Below, one piece after another: positions 46,122 through 54,771 of a stretch of 64,000 nucleotides of DNA; position 1 is the first letter of the stretch; each line of letters starts with the position of its first letter. A model generated the notes under the pieces. That model saw only the letters and a program-made list of their open reading frames with translations, was not told where the DNA came from and made no database searches. The position numbers were made by a program, and so were the translations under genes. Source of the DNA: an uncultured delta proteobacterium (GTDB lineage: Bacteria > Myxococcota_A > Polyangia > Fen-1088). The stretch is taken from positions 1,856,001 through 1,920,000 of the forward strand of contig CAVYGB010000008.1 in assembly GCA_963767925.1 (NCBI GenBank), in the 5' to 3' direction.

Positions 46122-47144
46122 GTGTCCTCGCTCTTCCTCGACGCCTGCCGCGGGCAGGCAACCCCCCGCCCTCCCCTCTGGCTCATGCGGCAGGCCGGCC
46201 GCTACTTGCCGGAGTACCGGGAGATACGCAGCCGGGTCTCCTTCCTGGAGCTGTGCAAGAACCCCGGGCTGGCCGCCGAGGTCACCCTGCAGCCGATCCG
46301 GCGTTTCGGGTTCGACGCCGCCATCCTGTTTTCGGATCTGCTGATCCCGCTCGAGGCCATGGGCCTCCCGGTGGTCTTCACCGACGAGGGGCCGACCATC
46401 CCCAGCCCGGTGCGTGCCGACGCCGACCTGGTCCGGCTGCAGCCCTTCGACCCCGCCCAGGCCACCTCCTTCGTGCTCGAGACCATCGGACGGGTGCGCA
46501 GCGCGCTCGGCGAGACGCCCCTCATCGGCTTCGCCGGGGCGCCCTTCACGGTGGCCACCTACGCCATCGAGGGGAAGACCTCCAAGCGGTTCATCGAGAC
46601 CAAGAAGCTGTTCTATCGGGATCCCCCCGCGGCCCGCCGGCTGCTCGACCTCATCGCCGAGTCCACCGAGAAGTACCTGCTGGCTCAGGTGGCGGCGGGC
46701 GCGCAGGCCATCCAGATCTTCGACTCCTGGCTGGGGGTGGTCTCGGTGGAGGACTGGCAAGAGCTGGTGGCGCCGCCCACCGCCCGGCTGGTGGCGGCGG
46801 TGCGCGCCAGCGGCGTGCCGGTGATCTATTTCCCCAACGGCGCCACCACCTTGCTCGAGCGGATCGCGGCGGTGGGGGCCGACGTGTACGGGATCGACTG
46901 GCGCCTGCCGATCGACGAGGCCCGGGCCCGCCTGTTCCACGGGGGGGCCACCGAGGCGGCGGTGCAGGGCAACCTGGATCCCGCCGTCCTGCTGGGACCG
47001 CCCGACCAGATCGAACGGGTGGCGGCGGACATCGTCACCCGGGGGGGCCGTCGCGGACACATCTTCAACCTCGGGCACGGGATCTATCCCGAGACCCCGA
47101 TCCAGAGCGTCGAGACGCTGGTGCGCGCGGTCCGCGGCGCCTGA
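46122..47144 (+). CDS. hemE: Uroporphyrinogen decarboxylase
   Basis: WLMRQAGRYLPEYR, DAAILFSDLL, IGFAGAPFT, QIFDSW, QGNLDP, HIFNLGHGI. Confidence 0.98.
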   Translation: MSSLFLDACRGQATPRPPLWLMRQAGRYLPEYREIRSRVSFLELCKNPGLAAEVTLQPIRRFGFDAAILFSDLLIPLEAMGLPVVFTDEGPTIPSPVRADADLVRLQPFDPAQATSFVLETIGRVRSALGETPLIGFAGAPFTVATYAIEGKTSKRFIETKKLFYRDPPAARRLLDLIAESTEKYLLAQVAAGAQAIQIFDSWLGVVSVEDWQELVAPPTARLVAAVRASGVPVIYFPNGATTLLERIAAVGADVYGIDWRLPIDEARARLFHGGATEAAVQGNLDPAVLLGPPDQIERVAADIVTRGGRRGHIFNLGHGIYPETPIQSVETLVRAVRGA

Positions 47145-47154
47145 CGAGCCGCCG

Positions 47155-47805
47155 TCAGAACTCGGCGCCGACGCTGACGGCGAAGCCCCAGCCGGCCATG
47201 TCGGCGCCCCCGAACATGTCGTCGCCGGCCGCCAGGCGGTAATTGAAGCGGGCATCGAAGATGAACCCCCGGTAGCCGGCCGCCAGGCCGAGGCCGAGCG
47301 GGACCACGAGCTGGTTGTCGCTCGAGCGCATGAAGGACACGCCGGGGCTCGCGTTCAGGAGCGCGTACCGGCTCCAGCCCAGGCCGATCAGGCCGAACGG
47401 CTCGATCAGGCCCGAGCCGCGGACGATTGGCAGATTGAGCCGCAGGGCGGCCTCGATGCCGCTGCGGAGCACGTAGTCGTCCTCCGTGATGCCGGGGCCG
47501 GTGATGTCATGGGCGTCGCCGAAGTAGCCCACTTCGAAGCCGACCGGCAGCCGGGTGCCCGACACGAGTCGCAGGTTCCAGGCCCCGCCGAGGCCCGTGA
47601 TGCGGTCGATGCCGTCGTCCACGAAGTTCTCGATGCCGCCGCCGATCTGGACGGCGGTCCCGAACCCGGTGCGGGGCCGCCAGGGTTCGGGCTGCGTGCG
47701 CACCTCGGGTGGCGTCGACTGGGCGCCGGCCGCGCCTGGCGCCAGCAGCGCGAACCACCCCAGCAGACCTCCACAAAGCAGACCCTCGAGCCGTCTCGCG
47801 TTCAT
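47155..47805 (-). CDS. Small outer-membrane beta-barrel protein
   Basis: Signal peptide ending AAGA-Q, alternating beta strands, C-terminal VGAEF aromatic end. Confidence 0.75.
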   Translation of the reverse strand: MNARRLEGLLCGGLLGWFALLAPGAAGAQSTPPEVRTQPEPWRPRTGFGTAVQIGGGIENFVDDGIDRITGLGGAWNLRLVSGTRLPVGFEVGYFGDAHDITGPGITEDDYVLRSGIEAALRLNLPIVRGSGLIEPFGLIGLGWSRYALLNASPGVSFMRSSDNQLVVPLGLGLAAGYRGFIFDARFNYRLAAGDDMFGGADMAGWGFAVSVGAEF

Positions 47806-47931
47806 GTGCCCTCCATCGACCAGCGACCTGGAAGAAGATGGGCCGCCCACCCGCGGGAACAAGCGACGCTCCCCCTGTCGCGGCTGCGCCCGACAGCCCC
47901 CGCCGGTCCTGGCCGGCCGGGCGGCTGAGGG

Positions 47932-48168
47932 TCAAGCGCGGTCGCGCATCTCGGGGACGCCGGCCTGCTTCGCGCAGTGGGCGCAGCAGAAGACCGCTCC
48001 GTCCTTCTCGGTCCCGTGCCCGACGACCCGACACCCGCAGTGTTTACAGGTTGGGGCCAGCCTCTGGATGGCACACTCGAAGCTGTCAAAGCTATAACTT
48101 GCCCCCTGGCTGGTGACCACCCGGAAGATCTTGTCGTAGCTGTTGCCGCACACCACGCACTGGTCCAT
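47932..48168 (-). CDS. Prokaryotic metallothionein-like Cys/His-rich protein
   Basis: MDQCVVCGNSYDK...FDSFECAIQRLAPTCKHCGCRVVGHG...FCCAHCA; AGGAG RBS. Confidence 0.88.
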   Translation of the reverse strand: MDQCVVCGNSYDKIFRVVTSQGASYSFDSFECAIQRLAPTCKHCGCRVVGHGTEKDGAVFCCAHCAKQAGVPEMRDRA

Positions 48169-48294
48169 CGATTCTCTCCTTGCTGATGTCGACGCCGGAG
48201 CACGCCCGACCGGGACACAGCCAAGTTGCTTCCTGGCGACGAAAAGTCCACCAGGGGGTGCCCCCTGGCGGGGATGCCTTAAGCTTGTGAGATC

Positions 48295-49200
48295 GTGACC
48301 GACCACCTCATCACCGCGCTGTTGCCCCTCCAGAACGTTCGCGTGGTCGCGGCGTCGACCTCCCTGCTCGCCCGCGACGTCGCGCGCCGCCACGGCGCCG
48401 TCGGTGGCGCGGCGGCGGCCATGGGCCGGGCGGCCACCGCCGGGTTGCTCCTCGCCACCCTCACCAAGAACCGCGAGCGGGTCACCGCCGAGCTGTCCGG
48501 CGGTGGACCGCTCGGCAAGTTGATGGTGGACGCCTCGGGCGCGGGCGACGTGCGGGTCCGGATCACCAACCCCGACGTCCCGGTGGCGGCCTCGCCGGGC
48601 GTTCATGTCAGGCTCGGGACGGCGCTAGGATCGACGGGGCTGGTGCGGGTCGCCCGCGACCTCGGGCTCCGGGAGACCGTGAGCGGCCAGACGCCGCTGG
48701 TCGACGGCGAGATCGACACCGACCTCGAGCAGTACCTCCTCAAGAGCGAGCAGGTCCCGAGCGCCCTCGGCTGCGAGACGCTGCTCGACGACACGCTCGA
48801 CCCGGGACCGAGCGGCGGGATCCTCCTGCAGACCTTGCCGGGCAGCGAGGCCATCCCGCTCATCGAGCAACTGCGGAGCGACCTGCGAGGCGGCGCCCTC
48901 GCCCGGGCCTTGCTCCGCGATCCCGTGCCCGACGGGGAGGCGCTGGTCCGCATCCTCCTAGGGGATGAGGCCCAGGACCTGCTGCTGCTGTCGAGCCGCC
49001 CCTTGCGGTTCTTCTGCCCCTGCACCAAGGAGCGGGCAGCCCAGGCCCTGTCGACCTTCGGACCCCGGGAGCTGGCGGCGATGGTGGAAGAGGATCAGGG
49101 CGCGCAGGTGACCTGCGAGTTCTGCCGGACCAACCACCGCTTCAGCCGCCAGGAGCTGCAGCGGGTGCTGGTCGAGGTCCGGCGCTCGGCTCCGAGCTAG
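48295..49200 (+). CDS. hslO: Redox-regulated chaperone Hsp33
   Basis: AAMGRAATAGLLL, GGGPLG, GEIDTDLEQYL..SEQVPS, CPC...CEFC zinc switch. Confidence 0.93.
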   Translation: MTDHLITALLPLQNVRVVAASTSLLARDVARRHGAVGGAAAAMGRAATAGLLLATLTKNRERVTAELSGGGPLGKLMVDASGAGDVRVRITNPDVPVAASPGVHVRLGTALGSTGLVRVARDLGLRETVSGQTPLVDGEIDTDLEQYLLKSEQVPSALGCETLLDDTLDPGPSGGILLQTLPGSEAIPLIEQLRSDLRGGALARALLRDPVPDGEALVRILLGDEAQDLLLLSSRPLRFFCPCTKERAAQALSTFGPRELAAMVEEDQGAQVTCEFCRTNHRFSRQELQRVLVEVRRSAPS

Positions 49201-49323
49201 CTCGCGAGCGGGGCTGTGGCCGCTGTCACCGGGGTTGATCCCGGTTCCGGCTGCCCCCTCGCGCCGACCCTGCTCCCGGGCCACGGGTGGGCCATACTGG
49301 GCGCCCACCGGGAGGGCAAGACC

Positions 49324-51285
49324 ATGGATATCCTCGTGAGTCTACTGATCGCGCTGGCCGATGTCGCCCCTGACGTCCCCCCGCCCGCCGACGGGGCACG
49401 CATCGCCGAGCTGAGCGAGAAGGCCCGGGCCATCGTCGAGGCCCACGGCGACAGCGAGGCGAGCTTCACGCCCGACGGCAAGCAGGTCGTCTTCGTCTCC
49501 AACCGCGATGGATTGCCCCAGCTCTACCGGGCCGACCGGTCGCGAGCCGCCGCGCCGCCGGTCCGGCTCACCCGGACGACCGAGCGGGTGACAACGCCCC
49601 TCGCCCTGCCAGACGGATCGGTGCTCTTTCGATCCGACAAGGGCGCCGACGAGAACTGGTCCTTCTTCAAGGTCGGTCTCGACGGTCAGAACCTCGTCGA
49701 GCTGACGCCGGGGGAGAAGCTGCAACGGGACAAGCCGGCCCTGGCCACGGCCGGGGGAGGAACCCTCTTTTACTCCGCCCGGAAGGCGTCGGAGCCCGCC
49801 AGCTCGCTCCTGGCGCTGAGCCTCGCGGGCGAGGGCAAGCCCCGGCGCCTGTTCGGGGAGCCCGCGCCGGGGTTCCTGCTCGACGTCACGGCCGACGGGA
49901 CCTGGGCCCTCTGGTTGCGCTTTCTCTCCTTCAGCGAGAGCTACGCCCTGCTCGTCGATCTCGCTTCGGGAGAGGCGCGGGTCCTGTTCCCCGCCGGGGA
50001 GGGCAAGAAGGCCCGGGTGACCTCGGCCGCCTTCTCGAGTGACGGGAAGAAGGTCTTCGTGGCCGGCGACGATGCCGGTGGCACCCAGAACGTCGTCGTC
50101 GCGCTCGATGTGGCCTCGGGCAAGGAACTCGCCCGCCACGTCGAGAAGCGGCCGGCGACCGGCCTGCTGCTGGGTCTCTGCCCTTCGCCCCGGGGCGACC
50201 GGCTCGTCACCACGGTGGCGACCGGCGATCGCTACGAGATCCGCCTGCTGGCCAGCGGCTCCTTGAAACCGACCGCGACCGCCCGACTCCCGGCCGGGTC
50301 CGGCTCGGTCGGCTCCTGCCCGTCGGCCTACAGCCCCGACGGCAAGCAAGTGCTCGTCTCCTGGTCGACCCCCCAGGCCCCCGCCGAGCTCCTGGCGGTC
50401 GACACGACGACCGGCCGGGTGTCGCCCGTGCTCGAGCAGCGCCGCGCCGCTCTCACGGGGTTGCCCGCCATCCAGACGTCGGTGGTGCAGACCCGGGCCT
50501 TCGACGGCGGGCGCATCCCCATGCTCGTGTATCGCCCGCGGGGCGTCCCGGGAAAGCTGCCGGTCATCGTGAGCTACCACGGGGGCCCGGCCGGCGTGTC
50601 GACCGCCCGCTGGAGCGCGCAGATCCGCTTCTTCACCGCGCTGGGGTACGCCTACGTGGAGCCGAACGTGCGCGGCTCGACCGGATACGGGCGGGCCTAC
50701 GAGGAGGGCGACAACGGCCCCCGGCGGCTGGATGCCTTCAAGGACATCGAGAGCTCGGCCCGCTGGGTGGCGGCGCAGCCCTGGGCCGACAAAGATCGGC
50801 TCGTGGTCTTCGGAGGGAGCTACGGGGGCTACACCACCCTGGTCGGGCTGACCCGCCAGCCCGACCTGTGGCGGGCCGGCGTGAATCTGTTCGGCGTGGC
50901 GGACGTGCGGACCTTGCTGAAGACGACAACCGGGGTGATCCGCGACCTGTTCAAGCTCGAGTTCGGCGAGCTCGGCAAGGACGACGCGTTCCTGGCCTCC
51001 ATCTCGCCGATCCAGGACGCCGACAAGATCATCGATCCGCTGTTCGTCTACGCCGGCGCCAACGATCCCCGGGTGCCCCGCTCCGAGTCGGACATGATCG
51101 TGGCGGCCGTCCGCAAGAAGGGCGTCCCGGTCGAATACATGGTCAAGGACAACGAGGGGCACTCGCTGGCCCGCAAGGAGAACCAGCTCGAGTTTTACGC
51201 GCGGTCGGCCCGCTTCCTCGAGAAGCACCTCGCCCTGCCGCCCAAGCAGGCCGCCGAGAAGCCCGGGTCCCCCAAAGGGTCGTGA
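49324..51285 (+). CDS. S9 family serine peptidase (beta-propeller plus alpha/beta hydrolase)
   Basis: PD40-like FTPDGKQVVFVSNRDG, HGGP, NVRGSTGYG, GGSYGG, GANDPRV, NEGH catalytic triad motifs. Confidence 0.93.
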   Translation: MDILVSLLIALADVAPDVPPPADGARIAELSEKARAIVEAHGDSEASFTPDGKQVVFVSNRDGLPQLYRADRSRAAAPPVRLTRTTERVTTPLALPDGSVLFRSDKGADENWSFFKVGLDGQNLVELTPGEKLQRDKPALATAGGGTLFYSARKASEPASSLLALSLAGEGKPRRLFGEPAPGFLLDVTADGTWALWLRFLSFSESYALLVDLASGEARVLFPAGEGKKARVTSAAFSSDGKKVFVAGDDAGGTQNVVVALDVASGKELARHVEKRPATGLLLGLCPSPRGDRLVTTVATGDRYEIRLLASGSLKPTATARLPAGSGSVGSCPSAYSPDGKQVLVSWSTPQAPAELLAVDTTTGRVSPVLEQRRAALTGLPAIQTSVVQTRAFDGGRIPMLVYRPRGVPGKLPVIVSYHGGPAGVSTARWSAQIRFFTALGYAYVEPNVRGSTGYGRAYEEGDNGPRRLDAFKDIESSARWVAAQPWADKDRLVVFGGSYGGYTTLVGLTRQPDLWRAGVNLFGVADVRTLLKTTTGVIRDLFKLEFGELGKDDAFLASISPIQDADKIIDPLFVYAGANDPRVPRSESDMIVAAVRKKGVPVEYMVKDNEGHSLARKENQLEFYARSARFLEKHLALPPKQAAEKPGSPKGS

Positions 51286-51402
51286 GGGGGGACGACCGGC
51301 GACCGGAAGACGCTCGTCGCGCGCCGCACCAGGTCGAGCCCATCATTCTCGTTCGGTCCGGGTTGCCGTTGGGGCACAATGGACGTTCGAGGAGGTTTGC
51401 CC

Positions 51403-51867
51403 ATGCGTGGTTTGCTGGTCGGGCTGGTGGGGGTGGCGCTGGGTGCGGCGGCTTGCGCGTCCGAGAGTGCGGACGAGCTGCCCGAGGGCTGGGCGGGTGC
51501 AGAGCGCCTGAGCCTGGAACAGTCCTCCTGCCCCAGCGGGTTCGCGCCCGTGCGGGGCAACCCTCGGCTGGAGGTCAGCAAGACCGATCTCGGCTTGCAC
51601 GGCCTCTACCGGGACGCCCAGTTCCGCTGCAACGACCAGAAGGTCTGTGGGTACGTCTTCGAGTCGGACGTGGCCACCCGGGTCCTGGTCCAGCCTTGCG
51701 ACATGCACCCGGCCGAGGTGCCCCGCTGTAGCTGCCACTACGAGGTCACCTTCACCCTGCCCCCCCGGGCCGGCCGGACGACCCTCGAGCTCTACCGCCG
51801 CCTCGACCTTCACGGGACCCAGGGTCCAGTGGCCGCCGGGCTGGTCGACACCGAACGCGTGCCCTGA
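51403..51867 (+). CDS. Hypothetical Cys-containing lipoprotein
   Basis: GGAGG RBS then MRGLLVGLVGVALGAAAC lipobox; FRC, PCDM, RCSCHY. Confidence 0.7.
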   Translation: MRGLLVGLVGVALGAAACASESADELPEGWAGAERLSLEQSSCPSGFAPVRGNPRLEVSKTDLGLHGLYRDAQFRCNDQKVCGYVFESDVATRVLVQPCDMHPAEVPRCSCHYEVTFTLPPRAGRTTLELYRRLDLHGTQGPVAAGLVDTERVP

Positions 51868-51874
51868 GGCCCGC

Positions 51875-53635
51875 TCAGAAGGCGACCGCGACGCCGGTGC
51901 CGAGCTCGACAACGGCGGCCAGGGAGGGAAGACCGGCCAGGACGCGGGCCTCGAGCGGCCAGGCGATGCGCCGGCTGAAGTGATAGACGAGACCGGCTCC
52001 CCCGCCGATCAGGAAGGGCCCGCCCCGGACGGTGTCGCTGCGAGGCAGCTCCATCTCCCGGCTGGCCGGGACGACGAGACGGAAGCCCCCTCCGGGCGCA
52101 CCACCCACGCAGGCGCTGGCGAAGGTGTGCAGCGGCCCTTCGCCCAGGTTGAGGGTGCCGCGCAGCAGGTAGGCGGTCGCGCTCTGGCGGGGGTTGCCGG
52201 GCAGCGGGTCGCCGGAGCCCTCGACCGGGGCGTACTGGAACCGGCCCTGGATCGAGAGCGCGAGGTCATCGGTGACCTGGTATCCGATCTCGGGCAAGGC
52301 GTGCGCCAGGCCGGCGGCCAGCGGCCCCGAGTCGATGCGCCGGTTGGGACGGAACTCGAGATCCGATCCCGGCTGCCAGCCGTAGCCCGAGCCGATCCCC
52401 AGGGCCACCCAGAGCTTGCCACCGGGCCGCCGGCGGACCAGGGCGAGCTCGCGCTTGAGCTCGGAGGCGGCGAGCGGGTCTTCGTCCTCCCGCCGGATGC
52501 GCTCGGCCTCCGCAGCGGCTTCGTCCTCGGCCACCTTCGCCTCGCCCACCGGATCCTCGGGCGCGCGCTGGCCGACCGGGGTGGCCCCCTCCCGGATCAG
52601 CAGGATGTTCGGGCTGTCGGCGCTGCCGGCGTTGATCCTGGTGGGACCGCCGGCCTCGACGAAGAACTGCAACGACTTCCCGGCGGTCGCGTCGGCCGGG
52701 ACGATGCCCTGGAAGTGGCCGCGGCGGGCACGGGGCATGGCCACGGTCGTGAACTGCTCGGTCCCGGCCGGCCGGTAGTGGAGCATGAGCCGCCCAGGGC
52801 GGAGATCCGGCCGCACGGCACACCGGAGCACCACCTCGTGGGAAGGCGGCGCCTCCAGGGGGATCGGACAATACAGCGGATCGGACTGCCCCTCGGGGAA
52901 GGTGGGCGGCGGCAAGGCGGCCGGCTTCGCGGCGACGGCCGGGGCGGCAGGTGGTGGTGAGGCGGGCGGAGGAGCGGTGGCGGCCGGCGGATGGGAAGGC
53001 GGCGGAGCTGGCGCGGCGACCACCGGAGGAGGCGCAGGGACCACGGGCGCCACCGGAGCCCCGGCCCGGCGGCCACGTCCGCGGGTCCGGCTGGCGACGG
53101 CCCGCGGCTCGCCAGGCGGAGGCGGAGCGGCGGGGTGAGCCGCCGTCGCCGCGGGCGGCGGGGTGGGCGGTGGGCGGGGTGGGGCCGGCTGGGCCTTGGC
53201 CCGGGGCGGATCGGGCGGGCCCTTCGCCACCCGCGCCCTAGCGGTCGCGAGGGCCCGGCGGGAACGGGGCGCGGCGAGCGCCGCCGGCAGCTTGAGCTCC
53301 GGGGTGGTTGTAAGCGCCCGGGTCATGTAGGCCACCGCCCGCCGATCGTCCCGGAAGCCCTGCGCATAGAGGGCGCCCAGCGCCATCTGGGCCCGCGCCA
53401 TCGCGGGGTCGTATTCCAGGCCGGCCTCTTGCCCCACCCGGGTGGCCGCGAGGAGGCGACGGCGGGCGCCCGCGGTCTGGCCGTTCTTCGCGTCGGCCAG
53501 CGCCAGCCGCTGCAGCTCCTGCATCTGCTCTCGCGCCGCGTCCTGCCGGCCGGCGCAGCTCACCAGCACGAACAGCACCGTCAACCAGCCGGGCAAGAAG
53601 AAGGTAGGAGAGCGCAGAGGTCGGCGCATCGGCAT
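51875..53635 (-). CDS. Hypothetical lipoprotein: helical (TPR-like) domain, Pro-rich linker, Ig-like domain and C-terminal beta-barrel-like domain
   Basis: Lipobox LVSC; ARAQMALGALY; long Pro/Ala tract; LMLHYRPAG...FQGIVP...LQFFVEA; terminal alternating strands ending VAVAF. Confidence 0.7.
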   Translation of the reverse strand: MPMRRPLRSPTFFLPGWLTVLFVLVSCAGRQDAAREQMQELQRLALADAKNGQTAGARRRLLAATRVGQEAGLEYDPAMARAQMALGALYAQGFRDDRRAVAYMTRALTTTPELKLPAALAAPRSRRALATARARVAKGPPDPPRAKAQPAPPRPPPTPPPAATAAHPAAPPPPGEPRAVASRTRGRGRRAGAPVAPVVPAPPPVVAAPAPPPSHPPAATAPPPASPPPAAPAVAAKPAALPPPTFPEGQSDPLYCPIPLEAPPSHEVVLRCAVRPDLRPGRLMLHYRPAGTEQFTTVAMPRARRGHFQGIVPADATAGKSLQFFVEAGGPTRINAGSADSPNILLIREGATPVGQRAPEDPVGEAKVAEDEAAAEAERIRREDEDPLAASELKRELALVRRRPGGKLWVALGIGSGYGWQPGSDLEFRPNRRIDSGPLAAGLAHALPEIGYQVTDDLALSIQGRFQYAPVEGSGDPLPGNPRQSATAYLLRGTLNLGEGPLHTFASACVGGAPGGGFRLVVPASREMELPRSDTVRGGPFLIGGGAGLVYHFSRRIAWPLEARVLAGLPSLAAVVELGTGVAVAF

Positions 53636-53774
53636 CCGGAGTTTACCGTCCGGCGGCCTCGATGGATCGCGTCGAAGCTCCCCGGCCGGCAATTCGAGCC
53701 GACTCCCGAAATTTCAGCGCTGCGGCCGGAGGTTTCCCGTCCCCCGGCAAGAAGCTACGGCGGGCGCCACCGGC

Positions 53775-53969
53775 TCAGGACCGCCGGCCGCCGGTCCGGA
53801 CGAAGAAGCGCCAGGTCGCGCGCCGTCCCAGCGATCGCGCGGGCCAGCCGGCGATCGCCACCGGCACGGCGGGGCCATCGCGCGCGTCCATCTGTCGATC
53901 GACCTCGCTCTCGGGCAGGGCTTCCGGCGTTTCGAGGTCTTCCGTGGGCCGGTCGGAGACGTCGTTCAT
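53775..53969 (-). CDS. Small hypothetical protein (64 aa), acidic N-terminus and basic/aromatic C-terminus
   Basis: MNDVSDRPTEDLE...RRATWRFFVRTGGRRS; GC3-biased codons; directly downstream of a sigma54 motif. Confidence 0.5.
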   Translation of the reverse strand: MNDVSDRPTEDLETPEALPESEVDRQMDARDGPAVPVAIAGWPARSLGRRATWRFFVRTGGRRS

Positions 53970-53980
53970 GTACCGCGACG

Positions 53981-53997
53981 TTGCACCTTCGGTGCCA
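53981..53997 (-). promoter_or_regulatory. Sigma54 -24/-12 promoter
   Basis: TGGCACCGAAGGTGCAA (GG-N10-GC). Confidence 0.65.
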
Positions 53998-54247
53998 GGG
54001 ACAAGGCCGCCCGCCCCGCGCTTGCGCGGCGCTGGCGCACCGGCGCGCTCTGCAAAACGCAACCGCCGGCGTGCATCCCGCCTGCGTGATCCCGCCGGCC
54101 GCCAGCCGTGTACGAGCGTCGCCCACAGGCCAGGCGGGCCGGCGCGGTCCCCCGCACGACGCTCTCGCTGCGCCGGCGCTCCGGGCGCCGCGGCCGGTCC
54201 CGGGAATTGCAGTCATACTGAAAGAGAGAGGAGCGGCAGACAGCGTG

Positions 54248-54766
54248 ATGGACATTGCAGGGAGGGCTCTCGCGATCGCATCCCTGGCCGCCACCGCGGC
54301 CAACTTGACGGCCTGTCGTTCGGCGCCGATTCTGATCACGCCTCAGCAGGCCCAGGACCGGGTCTACAACCACCGGAGCCGGGCCGAGGCCGCCCGGATG
54401 TTCGGGAACCGGGGAGCGGCCCGGGAGCACCGGGCGGCGGCGAGACGCTACAAGAGCCTGATGGAGGAAGGAAAGACGACCCAGCCCAAGCAGGCCCTCG
54501 AGCGAGAGGCCTGGCACCGGCGTCGTGCGGAGGCCTATCAGGAGAGCGGCTACACCCGATTCGTCGGGGCCGAGCTCGAGGCCGCCGCCCAGTACGAGGA
54601 CTTCGCCGCCGCCGCGGGCGGCATCCCGCCCGATCTCGCCGAGCAACGGGTGCAGGAGTACCGGCAGCGGGCCGACGCCTACCGGCGCAAGGGGCTGCGA
54701 CCATTTGCCGAGCACTACCGGGGACAGGCGGCCAAGCTGCAGTCGCTGGCCACCATCTCGCGCTGA
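54248..54766 (+). CDS. Hypothetical lipoprotein with three helical repeats
   Basis: Lipobox LTAC; three A..R...(H/Y)R.RA(E/D)A...G.......A..(Y/L) repeats; AGAGGAG upstream. Confidence 0.72.
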   Translation: MDIAGRALAIASLAATAANLTACRSAPILITPQQAQDRVYNHRSRAEAARMFGNRGAAREHRAAARRYKSLMEEGKTTQPKQALEREAWHRRRAEAYQESGYTRFVGAELEAAAQYEDFAAAAGGIPPDLAEQRVQEYRQRADAYRRKGLRPFAEHYRGQAAKLQSLATISR

Positions 54767-54771
54767 TCGCT

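Noticed and set aside
54194..54211. Sigma54-like CCGGTCCCGGGAATTGCA upstream of the repeat lipoprotein
   Set aside because: GG-to-GC spacing is 11 rather than the required 10. It could be a homopolymer error but cannot be supported as is.
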